From: an uncultured Poribacteria bacterium
GTDB lineage: Bacteria; Poribacteria; WGA-4E; WGA-3G
Direction: 5' to 3'
DNA length: 64,000 bases
Assembly (NCBI GenBank): GCA_958296135.2
Contig: CATQHZ020000001.1
Span: 1,216,001 to 1,280,000 of the forward strand
The notes under the pieces are model-generated. The model did not search any database. It had not been told where the DNA came from and worked only from the letters and a program-made list of their open reading frames with translations. Each line of letters starts with the position of its first letter. Position 1 is the first letter of the stretch. The position numbers and the translations under genes were made by a program. Of this stretch, positions 49,165 through 58,661 are shown piece by piece.

Positions 49165-49755
49165 TTATGCGTTTTCGGCTTCGTGAGAAAATGTGATGCG
49201 CCGGTAGATGTCGTGCAGTGGCAATTTGCATCCGATTGAGGGGAGCAGTAGCACTGCGTCCAAGGAGCGATAGTTGCTGAGCCTCCACTGTGCGCCGTGT
49301 CGTCGATAGTGTTCGATGTGCACGCTGTCTTGCGCGATGAGGAGGTATTCTTGCAAGGATGCAAGTTGCTTGTAGCGGTTGAACTTCTCGCCCCTGTCAT
49401 ACGCCTCGGTTGAAGGCGAGAGCACCTCCACGATAAGAATCGGGTTGAGGAGGGTATCTAGGACATCGTCCTCAAATTCGGGTTCGCCGCAGACAATGAC
49501 GACATCGGGGTAGAAGTAGGAATCGTCGGGGCTCGGGCGCACCCGCATATCGCTGCTAAAAATGTCGCAATCCCGCCCTATTAATTGAGGGTAAAGCCCA
49601 TAAAATATATCCCCGGTGATGCGATTATGTGAGCGGCTTGCACCGGACATAGCGATGATTTGTCCGGTGCGGTATTCGCTTTTGTATTCGGCTTTTCGTT
49701 CCAAAGCGAGGTATGCCTCGGGGGTGAAGTATGTTTGTGCTGCGACGGTTGCCAT
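49165..49755 (-). CDS. Uma2 (DUF820) family endonuclease, copy D
   Basis: AMSGAS..H, YPDV, VEVLSPST...DRGEK. Confidence 0.9.
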   Translation of the reverse strand: MATVAAQTYFTPEAYLALERKAEYKSEYRTGQIIAMSGASRSHNRITGDIFYGLYPQLIGRDCDIFSSDMRVRPSPDDSYFYPDVVIVCGEPEFEDDVLDTLLNPILIVEVLSPSTEAYDRGEKFNRYKQLASLQEYLLIAQDSVHIEHYRRHGAQWRLSNYRSLDAVLLLPSIGCKLPLHDIYRRITFSHEAENA

Positions 49756-49766
49756 GTCTGCCTCCG

Positions 49767-50345
49767 TTAATCTGTCATTGTGATACGCCGGTAGATGTCG
49801 TGCAGTGGCAATTTGCATCCGATTGAGGGGAGCAGTAACAACACTGCGTCCAAGGAGCGATAGTTGCTGAGCCTCCACTGTGTGCCGTGTCGTCGATAGT
49901 GTTCGACGCGAACGCTGTCTTGCGCGATGAGGAGGTATTCTTGCAAGGATGCAAGTTGCTTGTACCTGTTGAATTTTTCGCCTCTGTCATACGCCTCGGT
50001 TGAAGGCGAGAGCACCTCCACGACAAGGATCGGGTTGAGGAGGGTATCTAGGACATCGTCCTCAAATTCTTGTTTCCCGCAGACAATGACGACATCCGGA
50101 TAGAAATAGGAATCGTCGGGGCTCGGGCGCACACGCATATCGCTGCTAAAGACTTCGCAATCCTTGCCTCTTAACTGGAGGTTCAGTTCCGTTGAGATAT
50201 CCAGCGTGATACGATTATGTGAGCGGCTTGCGCCGGACATAGCGATGATTTGTCCGGTGCGGTATTCGCTTTTGTATTCGGCTTTTCGTTCCAAAGCGAG
50301 GTATGCCTCGGGGGTGAAGTATGTTTGTGCTGCGACGGTTGCCAT
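49767..50345 (-). CDS. Uma2 family endonuclease, copy C
   Basis: Same motifs; GGAGG RBS in the 11-nt spacer. Confidence 0.9.
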   Translation of the reverse strand: MATVAAQTYFTPEAYLALERKAEYKSEYRTGQIIAMSGASRSHNRITLDISTELNLQLRGKDCEVFSSDMRVRPSPDDSYFYPDVVIVCGKQEFEDDVLDTLLNPILVVEVLSPSTEAYDRGEKFNRYKQLASLQEYLLIAQDSVRVEHYRRHGTQWRLSNYRSLDAVLLLLPSIGCKLPLHDIYRRITMTD

Positions 50346-50356
50346 GTCTGCCTCCG

Positions 50357-50932
50357 TTAATCTGTCATTGTGATGCGCCGGTAGATGTCGTGCAGTGGCA
50401 ATTTGCATCCGATTGAGGAGAGCACCAACACTTCCTCAAGAGTGTGATAGTTGCTGAGCCTCCACTGTGCGCCGTGTCGTCGATAGTGTTCGATGTGCAC
50501 GCTGTCTTGCGCGATGAGGAGATATTCTTGCAAGGATGCAAGTTGCTTGTACCTGTTGAATTTTTCGCCTCTGTCACGTCCCGCAGTAGAAGGCGAGAGC
50601 ACTTCGACGATAAGAATCGGGTTGAGGAGGGTGTCAAAGGCATCATCCTCAAATTCGGGTTCGCCGCAGACAACGACGACATCCGGATAGAAATAGGACT
50701 CTCGCGGATTCGGTCTCACCCGCATATCGTTGGTATGGACTTCACATCCTCGTCCCTTGAATTGGAGGTAAAGTTCGCCTGATATATTTGTAACGATGAG
50801 ACTATGTTTACGACTAGCGCCGGACATAGCGATGATTTGTCCTGCGTGGTATTCGCTTTTGTATTCGGCCTTTCGCTCGATTTTGATATATTCCTCGGGG
50901 GTGAAGTATGTTTGTGCTGCGACGGTTGCCAT
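50357..50932 (-). CDS. Uma2 family endonuclease, copy B
   Basis: Same motifs; GGGAG RBS. Confidence 0.9.
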   Translation of the reverse strand: MATVAAQTYFTPEEYIKIERKAEYKSEYHAGQIIAMSGASRKHSLIVTNISGELYLQFKGRGCEVHTNDMRVRPNPRESYFYPDVVVVCGEPEFEDDAFDTLLNPILIVEVLSPSTAGRDRGEKFNRYKQLASLQEYLLIAQDSVHIEHYRRHGAQWRLSNYHTLEEVLVLSSIGCKLPLHDIYRRITMTD

Positions 50933-50943
50933 GTTTGTCTCCC

Positions 50944-51519
50944 TTAATCCTTTACTGTGATGCGCTGGTAGATGTCGTGCAGTGGCAATTTGCATCCGAT
51001 TGAGGAGAGCACCAACACTTCCTCAAGAGTGTGATAGTTGCTGAGCCTCCACTGTGTGCCGTGTCGTCGATAGTGTTCGACGCGAACGCTGTCTTGCGCG
51101 ATGAGGAGGTATTCTTGCAAGGATGCAAGTTGTTTGTAGCGGTTGAACTTCTCGCCTCTGTCATACGCCTCGGTTGAAGGCGAGAGCACCTCCACGACAA
51201 GAATCGGGTTGAGGAGGGTGTCAAGGGCATCATCCTCAAATTCGGGTTCGCCGCAGACAACGACGACATCTGGATAGACGTAGGACTCTCTTGGACTCGG
51301 GCGCACCCGCATATCGCTGGAGATAGCCACGCAATTTCGCCTTTTCAATTGGTTGTTCAGTTCAGTCACGATATCCGCTTTGATGATATTGTGCGTGAAG
51401 CTTGCGCCGGACATAGCGATGATTTGTCCTGCGTGGTATTCGCTTTTGTATTCGGCCTTTCGCTCGATTTTGATATATTCCTCGGGGGTGAAGTATGTTT
51501 GTGCTGCGACGGTTGCCAC
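50944..51519 (-). CDS. Uma2 family endonuclease, copy A
   Basis: Same motifs; GTG start after AGGAGG. Confidence 0.9.
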   Translation of the reverse strand: MATVAAQTYFTPEEYIKIERKAEYKSEYHAGQIIAMSGASFTHNIIKADIVTELNNQLKRRNCVAISSDMRVRPSPRESYVYPDVVVVCGEPEFEDDALDTLLNPILVVEVLSPSTEAYDRGEKFNRYKQLASLQEYLLIAQDSVRVEHYRRHGTQWRLSNYHTLEEVLVLSSIGCKLPLHDIYQRITVKD

Positions 51520-51549
51520 TGTTTTGCCTCCTTGTACTAGAACTCGCTT

Positions 51550-52749
51550 CTAGCGGCTAAACTGTTTGCCGGGCAATTGCTGCACGATGCCTTTGAGTTC
51601 TAACATCAACAGCACGCTGGATACCTTGCCAATCGGCAGTTGCGTCGTTCGGACGATGACGTCAATATGTGTTGAAGGTGCCTCGATTGCTTCAAATACC
51701 GTTTTTTCATCCTCGGTGAGCTCTGGTAGCGGTGCCGAGGGTTCCGGTGTCGGGACAGAGTTGGACGCGCGCCGATGGGTTTGCCGCTCAGGCTCTGGAG
51801 AATCGGCGTGTTCTGGCGGCGCGGTGCCAATAGGGAGCGTTGGTGATGCTGGCACGGCTACCAAATTTCGCGCGTGTTGGGGTAGTGATGCCAGTAGTTC
51901 ATCGACAGTGTGAATAAGCGTTGCGCCTTTACTAATCAGTTGATGGGTGCCCGTTGAGAGTTCCGAGTAAATGGGCCCCGGCACAGCGAACACTTCTCTC
52001 CCTTGTTCGACAGCGTGCCCCGCGGTAATCAGGGCACCACTCCGATTTGATGCCTCGACGACAACGGTGCCGAGTGTTAAGCCGCTAATAATCCGGTTGC
52101 GCCGCGGGAAATTATTCCCGAGCGGTTTCATACCCATCGGGAATTCGGAGATTAACGCGCCGGCTTGCGCAATCTCTTCCGCCAATTTCTCGTTTGAGGC
52201 GGGATAGATAAGGCTCAATCCGTTGCCCATGACAGCAATTGTCCTGCCGCCTGCGTCAAGCGCGCCGCGATGTGCATTAGTATCTATCCCACGTGCTAGT
52301 CCGCTTACCACCGTTACGCCGCGTTGCGCGAGTTGATAACTGAATTGACGGCTGACCTGCCGGCCATAATCCTTCGCGCCACGCGAGCCGACGAACGAAA
52401 TGCTGAGTGCATCTTCCGGCTTGAGTTCGCCTTTGACGTAAAGCACGAGCGGCGGATTGGCTATTTCTTTCAACAGCGGCGGATACGTTTCATCGGCCAG
52501 CGTCACAATCTGGCACCCATATTTCTCGATGAGTTCCAGTTCCTTCTCCAGCGGGCATCCTACCGGTTTTCGGATGAGTAGGTTGCGTATTGCAGGCGAG
52601 AGGTGCTCTAGCTGCTCGAGTTCCGCGGGTGTCGCGCGCAGTGCCTCTCCTGCACTACCAAACGATTCAAGCAGGATTTGGACGGTTTTGGGTCCCACGC
52701 CTTGAATCAGATTGAGATGAATGAGGCTTTTCGTTTCGTTAGATAGCAT
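51550..52749 (-). CDS. dprA: DNA-processing protein DprA
   Basis: VGSR, VSGLARGID, FPRRNRIISG, SGALITA, C-terminal winged helix. Confidence 0.95.
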   Translation of the reverse strand: MLSNETKSLIHLNLIQGVGPKTVQILLESFGSAGEALRATPAELEQLEHLSPAIRNLLIRKPVGCPLEKELELIEKYGCQIVTLADETYPPLLKEIANPPLVLYVKGELKPEDALSISFVGSRGAKDYGRQVSRQFSYQLAQRGVTVVSGLARGIDTNAHRGALDAGGRTIAVMGNGLSLIYPASNEKLAEEIAQAGALISEFPMGMKPLGNNFPRRNRIISGLTLGTVVVEASNRSGALITAGHAVEQGREVFAVPGPIYSELSTGTHQLISKGATLIHTVDELLASLPQHARNLVAVPASPTLPIGTAPPEHADSPEPERQTHRRASNSVPTPEPSAPLPELTEDEKTVFEAIEAPSTHIDVIVRTTQLPIGKVSSVLLMLELKGIVQQLPGKQFSR

Positions 52750-52789
52750 CTAATCCGCCTTAAATTTCCCAATAAGTTGCTGGAGCTCG

Positions 52790-52915
52790 CTTCGCGTGGC
52801 GAGGGACAGCAGAGATGAGCGCGAATCGGCGTAACGGCCCTCGCCCTCCGGTGTCGTGAGCGTGGCGAGGGGCACCCTCGGCGATTTGCGTTCGCCGGGC
52901 CCTCGCCCTCCGGGA
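52790..52915. repeat. REP cluster (family 2)
   Basis: Two GGCGAGGG...GGCCCTCGCCCTCCGG units. Confidence 0.65.
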
Positions 52916-52925
52916 TACCGATGAT

Positions 52926-53513
52926 TTACTCGGTTGCTGGTGTTTCCGCCGAGTCGGGTGGGAGCGCGTAGTAGAGCTCGATTTCCTGAATCTTCTTATA
53001 CTCTGACGCGCTCGGGGCACCGCTTTCGCTGCGCCTTGAACGTTTCTGCCCGCCGACGCGCCGTGACTCCCACTGCCGTGGCACCCTCAACCGGAATTTT
53101 GTTGTCATAATCGGCTCTTTCAAGGTGAATCTGTAGTTCTCGCGAAGATTGTCTTTCACCTCTTTCACCGTTACCCACTTGCCTTCTTCATCCATGTACT
53201 GAATAGCGAAGAATTCCAGTTGTCCTTCTTGCGCCTTGACGACAACCTGTTGGATAGTCTGCGGTTTTCGCCATTCAAGCAAAGCCTCAGTGAATTTATC
53301 GGATTCAGCCTGGGCTGCTTCATCTTTTTCGGCTGAGAGAATCGGCCCGGTTTCACCTTGTGTATGGATGTTGTCATCGTGGAACTTCGTATCCTGGCTT
53401 GTCGCCATAATGGCGATGTTCTTACTCCAGTTGAGGGAGGGACTGGACGAAAGAATGCATCCCGACAGCCCTATTACCCCACAGAGGAGTATCGCGAATA
53501 AACCAAAACGCAT
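52926..53513 (-). CDS. hypothetical lipoprotein, discoidin/F5-8C-like fold suspected
   Basis: Lipobox LSGC; IQEIELY C-terminal strand; paralog of the next gene. Confidence 0.65.
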   Translation of the reverse strand: MRFGLFAILLCGVIGLSGCILSSSPSLNWSKNIAIMATSQDTKFHDDNIHTQGETGPILSAEKDEAAQAESDKFTEALLEWRKPQTIQQVVVKAQEGQLEFFAIQYMDEEGKWVTVKEVKDNLRENYRFTLKEPIMTTKFRLRVPRQWESRRVGGQKRSRRSESGAPSASEYKKIQEIELYYALPPDSAETPATE

Positions 53514-53638
53514 CTATTACCTCCTGGCCGAACGGCTGAGAAGCCGTTCGTGATAATGAGGCGGCGTTGCGCAAACGGCCGCCTTCAGCTTAGAAAACTG
53601 CATCGAAAACGTGACGATGCTGAACGGTGCAAAACATG

Positions 53639-54283
53639 TTACTCTAATTGCAGTAAATCGTCAAGTTCTTTCTCGCGCTGATCGGTGGCTGCCTTTTCCG
53701 CTACCTGCTCGGCGGATTTGTAGCCGTAGAGTTCGATCTCGCGGATTTTCCCGACTGCGCGTCGATTGCCGGTAAACCAGCCGCGGCCGCCGGAGCGCGC
53801 GCGTTGCTGCCGGTTCAGGAGCGCGTCGTCTTTCGTTCCTAAAACGCGGAGCCGAATCTTGTCGGTAGGGAATGGAATCAACAACGAGATCTGAATGGGA
53901 CTGCTTTTGACGCTCTTTACCTCTTTAATCATCTGCCAGTCCGTTTCAACGGCGATGCTCCCTTTATCGGCGTGGATGTCAAACTCCGTTAGATTATCGG
54001 AATGGACGACGATTCGCCGGATAGTCTTTTTTTCGGGTAGCATAATCACTACTTCGGATGCCGGGTTTGCGCCGGCGAACCCCGATGAACCTTCGGGGAA
54101 CGTTGTTTCCCCGATAGTGTTCAACTTGCCATCAATCATCTGTGGGCTGGATGCCCGCACGCCTTCTGTGAGTGCGTAGTTTTCGCTCCACTCTTGTTCC
54201 GAGAACAGTGCGCTACATCCTGTCAGCGTCACCGTAAAACAGATAAACAGGAGGCAGAATCCCATGAGTCGATAAGTCATCAT
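53639..54283 (-). CDS. hypothetical lipoprotein, discoidin/F5-8C-like fold suspected
   Basis: Lipobox LTGC; MIDG, TDKIRLRV, IREIELYG. Confidence 0.65.
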   Translation of the reverse strand: MMTYRLMGFCLLFICFTVTLTGCSALFSEQEWSENYALTEGVRASSPQMIDGKLNTIGETTFPEGSSGFAGANPASEVVIMLPEKKTIRRIVVHSDNLTEFDIHADKGSIAVETDWQMIKEVKSVKSSPIQISLLIPFPTDKIRLRVLGTKDDALLNRQQRARSGGRGWFTGNRRAVGKIREIELYGYKSAEQVAEKAATDQREKELDDLLQLE

Positions 54284-54400
54284 TTTTCTCCTATAAAAAG
54301 TTGCGCGCGTCCGAACCGCGCTTACGTAAGACTTGCATGAGAGACCTCTGACGAGATTTGGCCCACGACCCGGTTGCGTCAGAAATCCTATAATGCTGTG

Positions 54401-55855
54401 TCATGCAGAAAATTTCCATGTCGCGCCTTGGCGCGTATCTTGTATTTCAATGTTCAGTTCTTTCAGCCGGTCGCGAATTCTGTCCGATGTCTCCCAATCC
54501 TTGCGCTGTCGTGCCTCTTGACGAATATCGAGCAGTAGTGTCACAAGTTGATTGAGCGTTTCACGGCTGTCGCTTTGCACGTTGCTTGTCTGCGGCGTGT
54601 AGATGCCGAGCACGCCGCATGTTTCTGTGAGTGCCTTGCGCGCGTGTGCGAGAACGCCGGCTGCTGCGGCTGTCTCCGTTTTCAGGATAAATCGGTTTAC
54701 CGCGCCGATGAGCGTGAAAATCGCGCCGATGGCGCGCGCCGTGTTGAAATCCGCGTCCATGGCAGTCTCAAAGTCTGCTTTCATTTGCTGGACAGCGGCG
54801 CGGAGGGAGGTTTCAGCTTCGCCCTCTACAACCGCGGTGTCTGCTAGCTGAGTTGGTTCGGGCTTGCCTGAGCCCGACAACGCCTCTAGGCAATTGTTCA
54901 ACCTGCGCAGCGCGCCTTCCGATTTTGCGAGACTTTCCGGGTTGTAGTCAAGCGGGTGGCGGTATTGCGCCGAAATCAGAAAGTGGCGGATTACCTCGGT
55001 TGGATAATTGTCCAGTGCATCTCGGAGGAGGATAAAGTTACGCTCAGATTTACCCATCCGTCTGCCATCGATTTTCAAGAAGGCGACATGCACCCAGTAG
55101 CGAGCGAAAGGTTTTCCTGTCGCGAGTTCACTCTGCGCGATTTCGTTCTCGTTGTGTGGAAAAAGCAGGTCTTCGCCTGCAATGTGCAGATCCAAGGTGT
55201 TACCGAGGTGTTTCATCGCCATGGCGGAGCATTCGATGTGCCACCCCGGTCTGCCCTTGCCCCAGGGGCTGTCCCAAGTGGGTTCGCCCGGCTTGGCGGC
55301 TTTCCAAAGGTCAAAGTCCCTCGGGTCTTCTTTGCGTTTGTCGATTTCGACGCGTGCGCCGGCGAGCAAATCTTCCGGCTTCCGATGCGACAACTTGCCG
55401 TATTCGGCGAAGGCGTTGACTCGGTAATAGACACTCCCGTCAATGACATAGGCTGCCCGTTTGTCAATAAGCGTCTGGATGAGGGTTATCATCTCGGGGA
55501 TGTGTTCGGTAGCTTTCGGGTGCACCTCCGCGGGCTGTATGCCGAGTCGCCGTGAATCTTCGAGGAACGCGTCGCCGCGCTGCTGTGCGAGTTGCTTCTC
55601 GCTGATGCCGAGTTCCGCTGCCCGCGCGATAATCTTGTCGTCAATATCGGTTAAATTCTGCGCGAGTTTGACGTTGTAGCCTTTATACGTCAGGTACCGT
55701 CGGATGATATCTGTCACCAACGCGGTGCGTGCATTGCCGATATGGATGTAGTCGTAGACCGTGGGGCCGCAGTTGTAAATCGTCACCCGTTCGTTGTTGA
55801 GGGGAACGAAGTCTTCGAGTTGTCGGCTCAGCGAATTGTAAATCTGAAGTCCCAT
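54401..55855 (-). CDS. cysS: cysteine--tRNA ligase
   Basis: CGPTVY, HIGN, GRPGWHIECSAM, RMGKS (KMSKS-like), SDRIRD. Confidence 0.97.
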   Translation of the reverse strand: MGLQIYNSLSRQLEDFVPLNNERVTIYNCGPTVYDYIHIGNARTALVTDIIRRYLTYKGYNVKLAQNLTDIDDKIIARAAELGISEKQLAQQRGDAFLEDSRRLGIQPAEVHPKATEHIPEMITLIQTLIDKRAAYVIDGSVYYRVNAFAEYGKLSHRKPEDLLAGARVEIDKRKEDPRDFDLWKAAKPGEPTWDSPWGKGRPGWHIECSAMAMKHLGNTLDLHIAGEDLLFPHNENEIAQSELATGKPFARYWVHVAFLKIDGRRMGKSERNFILLRDALDNYPTEVIRHFLISAQYRHPLDYNPESLAKSEGALRRLNNCLEALSGSGKPEPTQLADTAVVEGEAETSLRAAVQQMKADFETAMDADFNTARAIGAIFTLIGAVNRFILKTETAAAAGVLAHARKALTETCGVLGIYTPQTSNVQSDSRETLNQLVTLLLDIRQEARQRKDWETSDRIRDRLKELNIEIQDTRQGATWKFSA

Positions 55856-55860
55856 TTTTC

Positions 55861-56346
55861 CTAGGTTTGTCCTCCTTTTTTGTTAAGGCACGCGACGGCT
55901 TGCGCGACGATTGCCTTCTCTTCTCCCACGATGCCCAATCCTTCGGAAGTCGTTGCTTTAATGCCAATCTGTTCCACGGAGATGCCGAGTGCTTCAGCAA
56001 GCGTTGCGCGCATCTGTGGCATGTAAGGTGCTAGTTTTGGGCGTTGCGCGATAACGGTGCTGTCCACATTGCCAATCTGGTATCCTGTCTGCCTTACCTT
56101 CGCGGCGATGTCTCGGAGGAAAACGAGGCTGTCCATGCCTTCATAACGGGCATCCGTATCCGGGAAGTGCGTGCCGATGTCGCCTAAGGCTGCTGCACCG
56201 AGTATAGCATCAATGATAGCGTGTGTCAAGACATCTGCATCCGAATGTCCCAGTAGCCCTAAATGATATGAGATTTCGACACCGCCCAGAATCAATTTCC
56301 GGTCGGCGACTAACCGATGAATGTCGTAACCAATCCCGACTCGCAT
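55861..56346 (-). CDS. ispF: 2-C-methyl-D-erythritol 2,4-cyclodiphosphate synthase
   Basis: [35 protein letters not shown]. Confidence 0.96.
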   Translation of the reverse strand: MRVGIGYDIHRLVADRKLILGGVEISYHLGLLGHSDADVLTHAIIDAILGAAALGDIGTHFPDTDARYEGMDSLVFLRDIAAKVRQTGYQIGNVDSTVIAQRPKLAPYMPQMRATLAEALGISVEQIGIKATTSEGLGIVGEEKAIVAQAVACLNKKGGQT

Positions 56347-56451
56347 TTCATTTGTTGTCCCTAGCGGTTGTTCAGTTGTGTCTGATAACGTCAGCATCCC
56401 TTAGCCTTCCGAAAAGACGTTGTCTTTTCTTGCTGTCTTTGGCGAGGTTCG

Positions 56452-57147
56452 TTATAGAAAATCAGCGAGGAGTGCCTTAGCAATGCGCAAATCCTCCGGC
56501 GTAGTGATTTTCACGTTCGTATAACTGCCACTCACTAACTTAACGGGATATCCGAGTTGTTCAACGAGGGCGGCATCGTCGGTTGCGGTGAGTTGCTGCA
56601 CCGCTGCGATTTGATGCGCTTCTTCCAGCAGAGATTTCCGAAAGACTTGGGGTGTTTGCACCGTCCAGAGCCGGTCGCGCATCGGTGTCTCATCAATGAA
56701 GCCTTCCTCGTTCGCGATTTTTATCGTCTCCTTCACTGGCACGGCTGCTACCGCTGCCCCCCATTCCGCCGCCGCATCGAGGCACGCGAAAATCGTCTCG
56801 TCTGTTACAAACGGCCGTACGCCATCGTGGACAATCACGAAATCGGCGTTTGCGGGGAGCGCGCGCATGCCGTTATAGACAGACATCTGCCGCGTTGCGC
56901 CGCCCGCTACCAGTCCCTGCACTTTCTGAAACGCATAAGGTGCCAGCACAGTGGCTTGACACATTTCAAAGTCTGCTTCGTTGACAATCACAAAAATTCC
57001 ATCAATGGCGGTATGCTGCTCAAACCGTTGAATTGTATGCGCTAAAATCGGCTTCTGTGCCAACGCTAAATACGGCTTTTTGACGGAACTTTTGAGTCGG
57101 CTGCCCTCACCTGCGGCCGGAATGAGGGTGCATATTTTGCTGTTCAT
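56452..57147 (-). CDS. ispD: 2-C-methyl-D-erythritol 4-phosphate cytidylyltransferase
   Basis: PAAGEGSR, VHDGVRP, QTPQVF, TDDA, KITTPEDL. Confidence 0.96.
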   Translation of the reverse strand: MNSKICTLIPAAGEGSRLKSSVKKPYLALAQKPILAHTIQRFEQHTAIDGIFVIVNEADFEMCQATVLAPYAFQKVQGLVAGGATRQMSVYNGMRALPANADFVIVHDGVRPFVTDETIFACLDAAAEWGAAVAAVPVKETIKIANEEGFIDETPMRDRLWTVQTPQVFRKSLLEEAHQIAAVQQLTATDDAALVEQLGYPVKLVSGSYTNVKITTPEDLRIAKALLADFL

Positions 57148-57253
57148 CTGTGTCCATCGCATCCGTTTTTCTCCGTGGCACACCGTTGAGCCCGAGCGGG
57201 TCCAGCCCCGGGGAGCAGGTTTCCCTACAGAGACAATCTCACGTGATTGGGGA

Positions 57254-58618
57254 TTATAACAAGGCACTCAGGCTATCATAGACATCACTCACGCCGACGA
57301 GTTCAATGCCTTCCTCTATTTCTAATCCTTTGCGGTTGTATTCGGGAAAGATGGCGCGTTGGAATCCGAGTTTTGCGGCTTCCCTGAGCCGTCTTTCGAC
57401 GTGCGTCACCGGGCGGATTTCGCCGCCGAGTCCTACCTCTCCGATGACGACGGTGCGCTTGTCGACAGGAATATCTCGATGGTTCGAGGTGATTGCCATC
57501 ATCACACCGAGGTCGATGCCGGGTTCATCGACGCGGAGTCCTCCCGTAATGTTAACGAAGACATCGGAGTCGCCCACGTCAATTCCTACCCGTTTGTTCA
57601 ACACGGCGATGAGCAGCGCGATGCGGTGTCTGTCGACTCCTGTTGCCGTGTTGCGCGGGTTACTATAGTTTGTCGGGACGACGAGGGCTTGGACTTCCAT
57701 CAACAACGGCCGGGTGCCCTCCATGCTTGAGACGACGACAGAGCCCGATACCTCTTCCTCCCGGTTGCTGAGAAAGAGTTCGGAGGGGTTCATCACGTCC
57801 ACGAGTCCTTTGCTCTGCATTTCAAAGATGCCGATTTCGTTCGTTGAGCCGAATCGGTTTTTGATGGCCCGCAGTACGCGGTAGATGTGATGCCGTTCTC
57901 CCTCAAAATAGAGCACCGTATCCACCATGTGTTCTAAAATGCGGGGCCCTGCGAGTGAGCCCTCCTTTGTCACGTGCCCTACGAGAAAAATAGGGATATT
58001 CCGCCCCTTTGCACTGGTGAGGAGGCGCCCGGTGCATTCACGAATCTGGGTGACGCTCCCCGGTGCGGATTGGATGCTCGACAAATACACCGTTTGGATA
58101 GAATCGATGATAACCACTTTCGGTTTGAACGTCTCAATGTGCTTTTCAACTTGTTCCAAGTTGTTTTCGGCAAGCACGTAGAGGGTGTCTGAAGAGACAC
58201 CGAGCCGCGTCGCGCGAAGTTTTGTCTGGCTAACTGATTCTTCGCCGGAGACGTAAAGCACGTCGCCGTAGTTCCGGCTGAGGGCATCGCTTGCTTGCAG
58301 CAACAGCGTCGATTTGCCGATGCCCGGGTCGCCGCCGATAAGGATGACGGAGCCGGGGACAATGCCGCCGCCGAGCACCCGGTCGAACTCTGCCATACCT
58401 GTTAGGTGCCGCTCCACGTCACTCGCTGTTACCTGTGAAATTGGCTCCGGCTGGCTTGTGGCTTGCCCGATGCCGCGGTGCATTGTCGAAGAGGCCGCGG
58501 GGACTTCTACCTCTTCGGCGAAGCTCTGCCAACTTTTGCATCCCGGGCAGCGTCCTAGCGTTCTCGGCGTTGCATAGCCGCACTCTTGACAGACAAATCG
58601 CCGTTTTTCTCGTGCCAT
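57254..58618 (-). CDS. radA: DNA repair protein RadA
   Basis: CQECG..CPGC zinc finger, GDPGIGKST, KNRFG motif. Confidence 0.97.
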   Translation of the reverse strand: MAREKRRFVCQECGYATPRTLGRCPGCKSWQSFAEEVEVPAASSTMHRGIGQATSQPEPISQVTASDVERHLTGMAEFDRVLGGGIVPGSVILIGGDPGIGKSTLLLQASDALSRNYGDVLYVSGEESVSQTKLRATRLGVSSDTLYVLAENNLEQVEKHIETFKPKVVIIDSIQTVYLSSIQSAPGSVTQIRECTGRLLTSAKGRNIPIFLVGHVTKEGSLAGPRILEHMVDTVLYFEGERHHIYRVLRAIKNRFGSTNEIGIFEMQSKGLVDVMNPSELFLSNREEEVSGSVVVSSMEGTRPLLMEVQALVVPTNYSNPRNTATGVDRHRIALLIAVLNKRVGIDVGDSDVFVNITGGLRVDEPGIDLGVMMAITSNHRDIPVDKRTVVIGEVGLGGEIRPVTHVERRLREAAKLGFQRAIFPEYNRKGLEIEEGIELVGVSDVYDSLSALL

Positions 58619-58661
58619 ATTTTGCGTCCATTTTGCATGCGCGCGTGGCATGCGCGCCTAG

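Noticed and set aside
49165-51519. Diversity-generating retroelement as the source of Uma2 variation
   Set aside because: Differences are not adenine-specific and include many synonymous C/T/G changes; no reverse transcriptase or template repeat is in the window.
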